Shown here one piece after another: positions 44,648-53,768 of a stretch of DNA of 64,000 nt (position 1 is the stretch's first letter; each line of letters opens with the position of its first letter). A model generated the notes under the pieces. The model ran no database searches. It was not told where the DNA came from and saw only the letters and a program-made list of their open reading frames with translations. A program made the position numbers and the translations under genes. This DNA comes from Myxococcota bacterium (GTDB lineage Bacteria > Myxococcota > B64-G9). Where the stretch lies: positions 132,042 to 196,041 of the forward strand of contig DATKYQ010000022.1 of assembly GCA_035528415.1 (NCBI GenBank). Direction: 5' to 3'.

Positions 44648-44812
44648 GGGACACCCCCAAAGGGTTCGAGAACGCTAACAGCGCTCTACAGCTTGACAGA
44701 CCATGGTCTTTCTTTCAACCCGTTTGACGCTTGACAGCCCCGAGAGATTTGCCCTAGAGTGGGCCATCGATTTGTGAGTAGACCAATTAATCGGCAGAAA
44801 AGGAGAGGGAAC

Positions 44813-45712
44813 ATGAAAAAGGTATTGACATTGGCAGTGGTAATGCTGGCAGCTCTAGCGATCGGCATCGTCTTCATCCAGTGCGGGGGAGACGACAACG
44901 GCGAAACCTGTCCCGCCAAGTGCGGTGTGGGACTCGAGTGCTGTGCAGCCTGTGCCTGTGCAACGGGCACCTGTAGCGCCGAAGGAAAATGCGAGGTTTC
45001 CGACTGCTGCCCCAGCGCCCCGCAGGGCAAATACCACATCGATATCGCCGGCAAGGTGATTGACGCCTCCACCGGGCTGGGCACCGCCGTCGCCGTGGCT
45101 GCCATTTCGCCGACCGAGGCCTTGACCACCAGCACGCCGGAGCTGCTCGTGCAGACCGTCTCGGCCGCCGACGGCATCTTCGCCCTCGACTGCTTCGACG
45201 TCACCAACGTAGCCCTGGGCGCCGTCATCCTGACCGATGACGACCCGATGGACGCCGCCGGCGGCACCTACTTCCCCACCGGCACCGGCGTCATCGGCTG
45301 GAACACCAACGCAGAGAAGGTATGCGTGAGCTCAGCCGTGGCGATAGCCGTTCCCAACGCCATCGTCGCCAATTTCGACCAGCTTCCCGACATCGACTCG
45401 GCCACAGAGGGATTCGTGATGGGCACAGTGGTCTCGGCCGAAGGGGCTCCCGTCGAGGGCGCCGTGATCAAGAAGACCATGGACAACGGGGCAACCTGGG
45501 TGGATCTCGACAAGGTCTACTATCCTATCACAGGCTCCACAGACATGAGCGGCACGGCCACCTCGGCCAACGGCTCCTACGTCCTGCCGGCTTCGAACTT
45601 CGTCTCGATCACCACCATCCACGCCGAGAAGGACGGCATGACCTTCGACGACGCCATGGTGGCGGCAACCGGCGGGTTCTGCTTCTTCGCGATGCTCCCC
45701 GAGGCCGAATAG
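44813..45712 (+). CDS. Secreted lipoprotein with N-terminal Cys-cluster and Thr/Gly/Ala-rich beta domain
   Basis: Start reassigned to ATG 44813 (MKKVLTLAVVMLAALAIGIVFIQCGG) with AAGGAG 8 nt upstream. CPAKCGVGLECCAACACATGTCSAEGKCEVSDCC follows the lipobox. Confidence 0.5.
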   Translation: MKKVLTLAVVMLAALAIGIVFIQCGGDDNGETCPAKCGVGLECCAACACATGTCSAEGKCEVSDCCPSAPQGKYHIDIAGKVIDASTGLGTAVAVAAISPTEALTTSTPELLVQTVSAADGIFALDCFDVTNVALGAVILTDDDPMDAAGGTYFPTGTGVIGWNTNAEKVCVSSAVAIAVPNAIVANFDQLPDIDSATEGFVMGTVVSAEGAPVEGAVIKKTMDNGATWVDLDKVYYPITGSTDMSGTATSANGSYVLPASNFVSITTIHAEKDGMTFDDAMVAATGGFCFFAMLPEAE

Positions 45713-45811
45713 TACCGAAGGCTATTTTATGACATGACTGGCGTGGAGCCGTTCAGGCTCCACGCCGTTTTTTCAATCCCCGATGCCGCACCTTCTTCGA
45801 GGAGCCTTTTC

Positions 45812-47218
45812 ATGAGACGACAGTGTCTTGCAGTGGCTTGTGTTTTCCTGCTGTGCGCACCGCTCGCCCGGGCCGGAGGTTTTTTGGTCTACGAGCACGG
45901 CGCCCGGGCCACGGGAATGGCCGACGCGCGCACCGCGCTGGCCGACGACGTCGACGCCCTGTTTTTCAACCCGGCCGCCATCACCGAGCTGCCAGGCATA
46001 CAACTCGAACTGGGGCTTACCGGCATGATTCCTTTCACCAGTTACAAAGCAGCCAAGAACACGCCCGATCGAACCTACAATCGTTACTACGACCCGGATG
46101 GCGAGAACCCGGTTCCGATCAACGACGGGATGAACGACGCCGATGCCAAGATCAAGGCTTACACGCCGATCCATATTTACGCCTCGTACAAGATCCCGGA
46201 CATCGGGCTCTCGGTGGGACTGGGGATTTTCAACCCCTTCGGCATGGGCACCTTCTGGCACGGAGACTTCGACGGGCGCTTCATCGGCACCGAGAGCGAG
46301 ATGCAGACCTTCTTCACCCAGCCTGTTGTCGCGCTCGATCTGGCCGAGCTGATCGGCATCAAGGATATTCTGAAGCTGTCCGTCGCCGTCGGTTATAATT
46401 TCGTATACGGCACGGCCAGGCTCTCCAAACACATCGACCTGCGCCTGGCCGAGATACTGCCCACCGCCGATCCGATCCGCGACCCTTGGGGCGTGATGAC
46501 GATGACCGGCTCGGCCACCGGCCACGGCTGGAACGTGGCCCTGCACGCGGAGTTGCCGGGCTGGTTCTCGGTCGGCGCCTCCATCCGCGGCCACGTCAAT
46601 CTGCCCTTCAGCGGCACGGCCAAATTCTGGTTCAACGAGGCCGGGCGGGAGGCCGTGGATGCGCTGTCGATCATCCTGCCGGACGAGACGAACGGTCATG
46701 TTGATATTGACCTGCCCATGAACATGAACTTCGGAGTAGCCTTCCTGGGCATAGACCACCTGAAAATCGCCCTGGATTTCTACATCGCCTTCTTCTCGTC
46801 GTTCAAGGAAATCGACTTGCACTTCGACTGCGCCGATGACGATCCGCCCTGCAATGCCGTGTCGGACCCGATCAGGAAAGACTGGCACAGCTCGTGGGAG
46901 CTTTCACTGGGGGCCGAGTACGAGGTGTTCGACGGCTTCATGGTCCGGGCCGGATACGGCATGGTGTCGAACCCGGTTCCCCCGGAGACCTTCGATCCTT
47001 CCCTGCCCGACGGGCGCCGCGATCTGATCTGCTTCGGGGCCGGCTACGCCATGGACTGGTGGAAGATCGATTTCGGCTATATGCTGGCCATGTGGGGTGG
47101 GACCAAAGACAACGACATCGGCGACGGGGACGCCACCGGCGCCCCCAACGGCAAGGCCAACGGCGACTATAGGACTATCGCCCACCTGATTGCACTGTCA
47201 CTCGGGGCGCAGTTCTAG
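45812..47218 (+). CDS. FadL/OMPP1/TodX-family outer-membrane hydrophobic-compound transporter
   Basis: Start reassigned to ATG 45812 (MRRQCLAVACVFLLCAPLARA) with GAGGAG upstream. GGFLVYEHGARATGMADARTALADDVDALFFNPAAIT matches the FadL N-terminal hatch consensus. The C-terminus ends ...LSLGAQF with a terminal Phe. Confidence 0.75.
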   Translation: MRRQCLAVACVFLLCAPLARAGGFLVYEHGARATGMADARTALADDVDALFFNPAAITELPGIQLELGLTGMIPFTSYKAAKNTPDRTYNRYYDPDGENPVPINDGMNDADAKIKAYTPIHIYASYKIPDIGLSVGLGIFNPFGMGTFWHGDFDGRFIGTESEMQTFFTQPVVALDLAELIGIKDILKLSVAVGYNFVYGTARLSKHIDLRLAEILPTADPIRDPWGVMTMTGSATGHGWNVALHAELPGWFSVGASIRGHVNLPFSGTAKFWFNEAGREAVDALSIILPDETNGHVDIDLPMNMNFGVAFLGIDHLKIALDFYIAFFSSFKEIDLHFDCADDDPPCNAVSDPIRKDWHSSWELSLGAEYEVFDGFMVRAGYGMVSNPVPPETFDPSLPDGRRDLICFGAGYAMDWWKIDFGYMLAMWGGTKDNDIGDGDATGAPNGKANGDYRTIAHLIALSLGAQF

Positions 47219-47222
47219 TACC

Positions 47223-48872
47223 CTACTTACTCTCGCCGAAAACCAGGGCGCTGAAGCGCGAAATTTGCGCCTTTGGGGATTTCCAGCAACCCTTCTCGAA
47301 GACGTGGGCCTTGCGGCACAGGTTGTCAAGGTACTCCTCGACCGTGTCCCAGTGCTGTTCCACCGGCACCTGGGGCAGGAAAACACCGCGGTTGAAACCC
47401 AACTGCAGCCAGACACCGTCGCGCCCGATTTCAATCTCAGCCAGCGGGTCCTTCACCGGAACTCTTGGCGTCAAGACCGAAATCTCTATTTCTATGTCGG
47501 CAAGCTCTGCCAAGACAACCGGCCGGAAGCGCGTGTCGTGTACGGCGGCGTCTATAGCCCGATCGCGAACCATCTTCCAGAGGGGATCCACGGGCTCCAT
47601 GTAGCCGATGCAGCCTCGAAGCTGGCCTTGTTTCTTCAGAGTGACGAAGGCGGCTCCGGGCTTTATTAGCCCCTCCAGCTTCGGCTCGAAGTCCTTCGTC
47701 TTTCCGTCGCGCACATAGGCATCGAGAGCCTCGCGGGCGATCTTCAAAAGCGCCTGCTTCTCCCGGTCGTTCAGGTAGTCGCCCGTCGAACCGCCGGGCT
47801 TCGCTGGCGGTTTGCGCGCTTGCGCCAAACTGACCGCCACGGCGCTGTAGCCCACGATGCGGCTGTTTTTGTCTCCGACCACGTCGCCGGAGTTGCGCCG
47901 ATCTAAAACCGTCGCTTTGGCGTCGCCATAAAGTCGAGCAAGCTCCATTAAAGTCAACACCGGACCCATGCCGCAAAACTGGGCGCAGTCGGGCTGCGGG
48001 CGTTCGTCGGGCGACAGCTTGACGTTCATGTGCGCCCCTCGAAAGGCCTGGTAGGCCGCAAACAGCCCGGCCGTGTCCAGCACCGTAACGTAGCGCAGGG
48101 CGTTCTTGTCCATGGCCTGCGCGACGTCGTAGGAGAAATCGTGCGACATGTCGGTGCTGGCCACGAACAGGGTATCGTTACCGGGAAAAGTTTTCTTGAG
48201 CGCGGCCGCGAGCTTTTTCATCGGTTGCGGATCGGATTGCGAGATCATCAGCGGCACCAGTTTGAAGCCCGGCACAACCACCTGCAGGAAAGGAAGTTCC
48301 ACCTCGAGGGCGTGTTCGCCGATGAACTTCTCTTCGTCCAGGCGGGCGATTCCGGTCGCGGCCAACTCTTTTACGGCCCGGCGATCGATTGGCACGTCGC
48401 CCAGCGGCGTCCGGTAAGCGTCCGCGTCAAGCAGCGCCGGAGTCGGGTACCAGCGATGGTGGGCCGGCCCGAGCACCACCACCCGCTTGTAGTCGCGGCC
48501 GCGAACCGCCTGGAAGGCAAAGGCGGCCACCGGACCGGAATACGGATATCCCGCGTGTGGAACTATAACTCCCAGGATATCGCCGTCGATTGTTTTTCCC
48601 TTTTGCGCCTTGCCCAGAAACTCGTCGATCATGGCACGCAGGCTCTTCGCGTCGGCGGGATAGAACGAGCCGGCCACCTGCGGTTCGAAGACCTTGCCCG
48701 GTTTATGATCTTCTACGGTCACCGCCTTACCGCCCGCGGCCGGTGCTGCCGTTGTTTTCTGCTCCTGGCAACTTGCCGCCATCAGCAGGCCGGTACAGGC
48801 CATGACTGCTCCGGCCAGAGCCAACCTTCCGGATAAATTGAATCGCATAGGTTTAATATTCATTTCGTGCAC
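47223..48872 (-). CDS. Memo1-like (AmmeMemoRadiSam system protein B) fused to AMMECR1 domain, with lipoprotein signal peptide
   Basis: 549 aa. Lipobox LLMAASC. Memo-family N-terminal signature (VAGSFYPADAKSLRAMIDEFL...VIVPHAGYPYSGPVAAFAF...LGPAHH). C-terminal AMMECR1 motif (GAAFVTLKKQGQLRGCIGYMEPVDPLWKMVRDRAIDAAVHDTRFRPV). Confidence 0.7.
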   Translation of the reverse strand: MHEMNIKPMRFNLSGRLALAGAVMACTGLLMAASCQEQKTTAAPAAGGKAVTVEDHKPGKVFEPQVAGSFYPADAKSLRAMIDEFLGKAQKGKTIDGDILGVIVPHAGYPYSGPVAAFAFQAVRGRDYKRVVVLGPAHHRWYPTPALLDADAYRTPLGDVPIDRRAVKELAATGIARLDEEKFIGEHALEVELPFLQVVVPGFKLVPLMISQSDPQPMKKLAAALKKTFPGNDTLFVASTDMSHDFSYDVAQAMDKNALRYVTVLDTAGLFAAYQAFRGAHMNVKLSPDERPQPDCAQFCGMGPVLTLMELARLYGDAKATVLDRRNSGDVVGDKNSRIVGYSAVAVSLAQARKPPAKPGGSTGDYLNDREKQALLKIAREALDAYVRDGKTKDFEPKLEGLIKPGAAFVTLKKQGQLRGCIGYMEPVDPLWKMVRDRAIDAAVHDTRFRPVVLAELADIEIEISVLTPRVPVKDPLAEIEIGRDGVWLQLGFNRGVFLPQVPVEQHWDTVEEYLDNLCRKAHVFEKGCWKSPKAQISRFSALVFGESK

Positions 48873-48887
48873 TCCTGCTCGCGCCGC

Positions 48888-50285
48888 TCAAGGCGCTTCA
48901 CCCGGACCGTCCAGGGCCTGCCAGTCGACATCCGGTGACTCGGGCTCACCCGCGCCTTTTCGCTGATACTTGCCGCCGCGGAATTCTCCCTTGTAGCGCT
49001 TACCGTGGGGCAGGATCATCTCTCCTTGTCCATGCGCCAGCCCGTATTTCCACTCACCTTTGTATTTTGCGCCCTTTGGAAAACGGCAACTTCCCCGGCC
49101 GTGGCGCTTGCCTCGGCTGAAGCCGCCCTCGTAGCGGTAGCCGTCCCTGCGCGTTTCGATCCCTTGCCCTTCTTTCTGCCCGTTCTTGAACTGGCCAGAG
49201 TATTTCGCGCCGTTTTTCTTGTCTATCAACGTTCCCCGACCGTCGAACTTGCCCGCCTTCCAGCCGCCTGAGTATTTCATCTTGGAGTTCTCGAGCGTCC
49301 CCCGGCCATGGGCCTTGCCGGCCTTCCACTGCCCCGTGTAGCTGGTGCCATCGGTGACCTTCAAGCTTCCCTGACCGTCTCGCTGTCCGTTTTTCCAGCC
49401 TCCCTCATAGCCGAACTTGCCCTTGCGGACTTCCTTGCCGCGGCCATTACGCTGGCCGTTTTTCCAACCACCTGTGTAGATGGTGCCGTCAGCGAGCGTC
49501 TCGGTCCCGCGCCCGTCGCGCTTGCCGGCCTTGAAGCTGCCGATGTATTTTCCGCCGTCAGGCAGGATCAAGGTGCCCTTGCCGTTCGGCAGGCCGTTCT
49601 GGTATGAACCTTCGTAGCGGCTGCCGTCTGCGAATTTCGTTGTGCCCCAGCCGATTCGCCGACCGTCTTTCCAGATTCCCTCGAAGTTGCCGCCATCGGG
49701 CAGTTTCTCGACACCCTGCCCTGATCTTTTTCCGTTCTCCCACTGGCCACTGTAACTGCTGCCGTCCTTGAGCGTCTCGCTCCCCTGCCCTTGCCGCTTG
49801 CCCTGCTTCCACTCGCCCTCGTAACGGCTGCCGTTCGGGAGCGTCTCCGTGCCATGGCCGTCGCGCAGGTCGGCCTTCCAGTCACCCGTGTATGAAAGGC
49901 CGTAGGAGGTCTTCATCGTCCCCCGGCCGTTACGCAGGTCGGCCTTCCAGTCGCCCTGGTAACTGGTGCCCGTCGCGGAAACCGAGTTTCCCACACCTTC
50001 CCGAACGCCGTTTTTCCACTGGCCGGAATATTTCGACCCGTCCCCTCCGCTGATGCGTCCCTGTCCGTTGGGCAATCCGAATTTGAACTCGCCCTCGTAG
50101 ACGGCCCCATCGGGCCCGGCCGCCTTTCCCTTGCCCTCGGCCAGCCCGCCCTTGCAGCCCCCCTCCAAAAAGCGCCAGGCGCTCATGGATTCATGAACTT
50201 TACAACCAGCGGCACTCCCGGCTCCTGCCGCCGATGCCGCGGCACACGAAAGGAAGGCTGCTAAAACAATTCGTACCGTGTGCAT
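48888..50285 (-). CDS. Secreted MORN-repeat protein (about 17 MORN units)
   Basis: Start reassigned to ATG 50285 (MHTVRIVLAAFLSCAAASAAGA). Continuous Y.G.WK.G...G.G motifs run throughout (YSGQWKNGVREGVG, YEGEWKQGKRQGQG, YTGGWKNGQRNGRG...). Confidence 0.8.
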   Translation of the reverse strand: MHTVRIVLAAFLSCAAASAAGAGSAAGCKVHESMSAWRFLEGGCKGGLAEGKGKAAGPDGAVYEGEFKFGLPNGQGRISGGDGSKYSGQWKNGVREGVGNSVSATGTSYQGDWKADLRNGRGTMKTSYGLSYTGDWKADLRDGHGTETLPNGSRYEGEWKQGKRQGQGSETLKDGSSYSGQWENGKRSGQGVEKLPDGGNFEGIWKDGRRIGWGTTKFADGSRYEGSYQNGLPNGKGTLILPDGGKYIGSFKAGKRDGRGTETLADGTIYTGGWKNGQRNGRGKEVRKGKFGYEGGWKNGQRDGQGSLKVTDGTSYTGQWKAGKAHGRGTLENSKMKYSGGWKAGKFDGRGTLIDKKNGAKYSGQFKNGQKEGQGIETRRDGYRYEGGFSRGKRHGRGSCRFPKGAKYKGEWKYGLAHGQGEMILPHGKRYKGEFRGGKYQRKGAGEPESPDVDWQALDGPGEAP

Positions 50286-50473
50286 TAAATGCCCCTCCCG
50301 CATGTTCCTGCAGGCATGCGAAATTACCACCCGAGCGAAAATGTGTCCACGAAACATTTTGAACCGACATTCGTGTCCTGGTCCGCTGCAGCCGGCAGAG
50401 GCTGCACCGGCGTATCTCCCGGCAAAGTCCGGTGATACCCATGGGCTTCTGATTTTCTATCTCCTGCCGTCGG

Positions 50474-53400
50474 TCAGGGCGTGATGCACTCGGCGGTATA
50501 GCTCACCTCTATCACATCGCCCATCTCGGGCACGTAACCCGCGCCGAAGCAGATGCTGTTGGTGTCGGGATAGTATACCCAGCCGTCGGAACAGGCGTCG
50601 CAGTCGTTGCAGGATGCCTTGGGTACCGGGTTGCCGTTTACCGTCACGCCTATCGAGGTCGAATCGGCCGGGCGACTGAGGGGGAATTCGCGGATGGCGG
50701 CGAAGGCGTCGATGCCGAGACTTTGCAGCGCCTGGGCCCAGTTGCTGGTGCAAATGGAGACGAACAGGCCGCCGGTCTGATTGGCCACCTCGATATAGCG
50801 GCTGCCGTTATCGGCGGTGGCGCAGCCGTTGGGATCGTCACCGACGATGGCGCTGACGGCCATGCGCTCGGTGTTGCGGTAGCCCTTGATCGAGGAGAAG
50901 AAATCCACGTAGAAATCGGGGTCGCCGGCCGACTGGTCCTGCTCGTCGCTGAGGCAGATGATGTACAGCTTGGCGTCTTCGCGCAGGAAGCCGCCGTTTC
51001 TCGTCGGGTCGTCGATGTAGCCGGGGCTTAAAGCGGTCCAGGCCGCCTCCAGGCCCGACTCCTGCTCGTCGGAGCAACAGGTGCCAATCTTGACGTTGTC
51101 GCGGAAAGCATCGGTCAGGTTTGGCGTCGAGTTGGTGATGATCTTGGGCCGCCCGGGAGCCTGCACCAAAACGCCGGGGAGGATGTCCCGCGCCGGGCTG
51201 CCCTGGCCCGTCTCCGGGTCGTTGACCTCGGTGGATGTCACGCCGATGTGAAAATCGACGTTCAGGGTGATGGCATAGTTGATGAAAGAGTCGAAGTTGG
51301 TGGCCAGCGCGTTTTGCTCTTCGCTCATCGAACCCGAATTGTCGATCACGAACAACACGTCTGAGCGAACCTGGTCGGGCTGGTGAAATACGTCGGTCTG
51401 ATCGGTGATGTTGGTGCCGCGGCCGTACAAGGGTATCGCCAGAAGCTGCGTGTTCGAGGCATCCGACTCGATGTACAGAGTGGAACGATCGGTGTTGTTG
51501 CCGGTGGGGATGTAACGCAGACGGATCTCAACCGAGGCGCCGGCGTTGAGCGTGTGAGGAGTACCGGGAGCCGAGCGGATCTGGAACGGCCCGCCGGGAG
51601 TCTCGAGGTAGATGTCGCCAATGATCAAGGCGATGCCGCCCAGGTTGTAGATCGTGATGTGCAGTTCGGGCGAGGCGCAGCCGATCGTAACCACCCCGAA
51701 ATCGAGCTCGGCCGGGACCGCGGCGATGGTCCCCTCGTCGGCGCTGCCCTTGACCGGAATGCAGGCCTGTCCGAGGGCTATCGGCTGTCCGCCGTTGCTC
51801 ATCACGCAATCCCAGCCGCCAAGTTGCAGATCGGGATCGTCGGCGTTCAGCCACAGGTAGCTCTTGTGCTGACCCGGGTGGCCGGGTGCGAAGGTTATTT
51901 CAACGTCTACCTGCGAGCCGGCCTGGCCCGCCCTGTTGACGGTGAAGGGAACCGGCGGGTTCGAGGTGATAGACAGGTCTCCGGGCGTTGTGAAGCTCTG
52001 CTTGAGTTCCAGGTGGTTGACGGTGCAGACCTCCTGGCCCCGGTTTTGCAGGACTATGTTGGCGGTCTGGGTGTTGTTCACCTTGACCATACCGTAGTTC
52101 TGGCTGGTGGGGGTGATGCTCAGGTCGCAAACGACGGCATCGACGCCCTGGCCGTTCAGGTCGACCGGGATCTCGTTAGCGTCCTTGTCGTTTCCGTAGA
52201 GGGTCAGGGTTCCGGTATCGGCGCCCATGTCTGTGGGCGAGTAGCTCAACTTGACAAGCAGCGTGTCGCCGGGATCGAAGTTTGTGTTGGCCGCTGGCTT
52301 TTGGTCGAGCGTGAACTCGTTGCCTGACGAGTTGCGGGTTATGGCGACGTCGTTGAGAGTGCAGGTGTCGGTGCCCTGGTTGGAAACGATCAGGTCGACT
52401 GTCTGGCTGCCGCCGACGACCACTCCGCCGAAGGAAACCGCGAATGGCGTGGCCTGAATGTCGCAGGCCCGGGGGATCGACCTTCCCTGCAAGGCCACCG
52501 TGCCGGTCAGGTGGTTGGTCGGGTTGGAGGCCGGATCGTCGGAGAAGATGTCGACTCCTCCGGCATCCGAGCCGTCCGCCGGGGGCGAGTACTTCACCTC
52601 GACGTCGATCGCCTGGCCGGGCGTGAGCGTCATGGGGTACCCGGCCGGATTGACCAGCGAAAAGTCCGCGCTCGAGTCGACGTTCATGGCCACGTTGATC
52701 AGGTTCAGATCGAGCAGCCCGCAGTTGGTGATCTTGAAGCTCTTGGTCAGGCTCTCGCCGGATGGCACGTTGCCAAAATCCAGAAAGAGGGGGTCGGGAC
52801 ACACCCGCGGCGCCAGCGCCTTGCCGGAGAGCAGCACCAGGATCTGCCGCTCGTTGACGTCGTTGGTGTCGATCTGCAGGCTGCTGTGGTGCTCTCCGCC
52901 CGTGCCGGGATCGTATTCCACGAAGATCTCCGCCTGGCTCCCCGCCTCCAGCACGCCTGGCAGGCCGCTGCCGTTCTCGTGCAGCACGAACTGGTTGAAA
53001 TCGCCGGTGCCGAATTTCAGCCCGGAGATCTGCAACTGGCGATCACCCTGGTTGTAGATTGTCACCCGGCGCCGCAGCGATGTCTGCATGTCGACCTCGC
53101 CGAAAGGAATCTCGAAGTCGGCCGGCGCCACCTCGTCGTTGCAAATCACAGCGGCCGCGGCACAGTCGGCCCCGTCCTGGTCTCCCTGGCAGTCGGAGAT
53201 ACAAACCTTGATCTCTGGCGTCACGCCCTCGCCGGCGAGCGTCACGGTGAGTAGCTTGTAGTCGGAGGCGTTGGTCTCGATGGTGAAGCTGCCGGTGTCC
53301 TTGCCGACGTCGACCGGCGCGTAAGACACCTGCAGCACCAGGCTGTCTCCAGAGTCAATCGCCAGTGAGCCGCCCGAGGACGGGCACTCGACGAAGATCC

Positions 53401-53737
53401 CGCCCGAACGGCAGGCCACCGAGAGTTCCTGGCTGGAAGCGGGATCGAGGAGCACCTTGCTGACCTGCAGCAGCGACTTGCCGCCGTTGTGCACGAAGAG
53501 ATATTGGTGCTTTACGATATCCACGTCGACCAGCCCGAAGTCGATCGGGATCTCGCCCGACTCCGGGGTCTGAGAGAACTGATCATCGGGGACGGGACCG
53601 TCACTGTCGCCTATGAATATCCGGTCGGCCAGGGGCGCCGCGGTGGTCAGCCCGCCGCCGCTGTCGCACTCGCAGTTGGCGGCCACGATGAAAACCGCCA
53701 GTGCCCCGAGAAATAGTATCGCCCGCTTCGTATTCAT
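50474..53737 (-). CDS. Giant lipoprotein with multiple ASH/choice-of-anchor-D-like beta-sandwich domains and C-terminal vWA-like domain (paralog A)
   Basis: Start reassigned to ATG 53737 (MNTKRAILFLGALAVFIVAANCECD) with AGGAGG upstream; approx. 1087 aa. It has reiterated approx. 110-aa modules with an F.I.N.G...L.I pattern. The C-terminus carries a vWA-type MIDAS start DVLFVIDNSGSM ...LSDEQD. Confidence 0.6.
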   Translation of the reverse strand: MNTKRAILFLGALAVFIVAANCECDSGGGLTTAAPLADRIFIGDSDGPVPDDQFSQTPESGEIPIDFGLVDVDIVKHQYLFVHNGGKSLLQVSKVLLDPASSQELSVACRSGGIFVECPSSGGSLAIDSGDSLVLQVSYAPVDVGKDTGSFTIETNASDYKLLTVTLAGEGVTPEIKVCISDCQGDQDGADCAAAAVICNDEVAPADFEIPFGEVDMQTSLRRRVTIYNQGDRQLQISGLKFGTGDFNQFVLHENGSGLPGVLEAGSQAEIFVEYDPGTGGEHHSSLQIDTNDVNERQILVLLSGKALAPRVCPDPLFLDFGNVPSGESLTKSFKITNCGLLDLNLINVAMNVDSSADFSLVNPAGYPMTLTPGQAIDVEVKYSPPADGSDAGGVDIFSDDPASNPTNHLTGTVALQGRSIPRACDIQATPFAVSFGGVVVGGSQTVDLIVSNQGTDTCTLNDVAITRNSSGNEFTLDQKPAANTNFDPGDTLLVKLSYSPTDMGADTGTLTLYGNDKDANEIPVDLNGQGVDAVVCDLSITPTSQNYGMVKVNNTQTANIVLQNRGQEVCTVNHLELKQSFTTPGDLSITSNPPVPFTVNRAGQAGSQVDVEITFAPGHPGQHKSYLWLNADDPDLQLGGWDCVMSNGGQPIALGQACIPVKGSADEGTIAAVPAELDFGVVTIGCASPELHITIYNLGGIALIIGDIYLETPGGPFQIRSAPGTPHTLNAGASVEIRLRYIPTGNNTDRSTLYIESDASNTQLLAIPLYGRGTNITDQTDVFHQPDQVRSDVLFVIDNSGSMSEEQNALATNFDSFINYAITLNVDFHIGVTSTEVNDPETGQGSPARDILPGVLVQAPGRPKIITNSTPNLTDAFRDNVKIGTCCSDEQESGLEAAWTALSPGYIDDPTRNGGFLREDAKLYIICLSDEQDQSAGDPDFYVDFFSSIKGYRNTERMAVSAIVGDDPNGCATADNGSRYIEVANQTGGLFVSICTSNWAQALQSLGIDAFAAIREFPLSRPADSTSIGVTVNGNPVPKASCNDCDACSDGWVYYPDTNSICFGAGYVPEMGDVIEVSYTAECITP

Positions 53738-53768
53738 GGGATTGTCCTCCTTGCTTACGCCTCTTATT

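Noticed and set aside
50386-50403. Short inverted repeat GCAGCCGGCAGAGGCTGC downstream of the giant lipoprotein paralog A
   Set aside because: Only a 6-bp stem with no T-tract. It is too weak to call a terminator.
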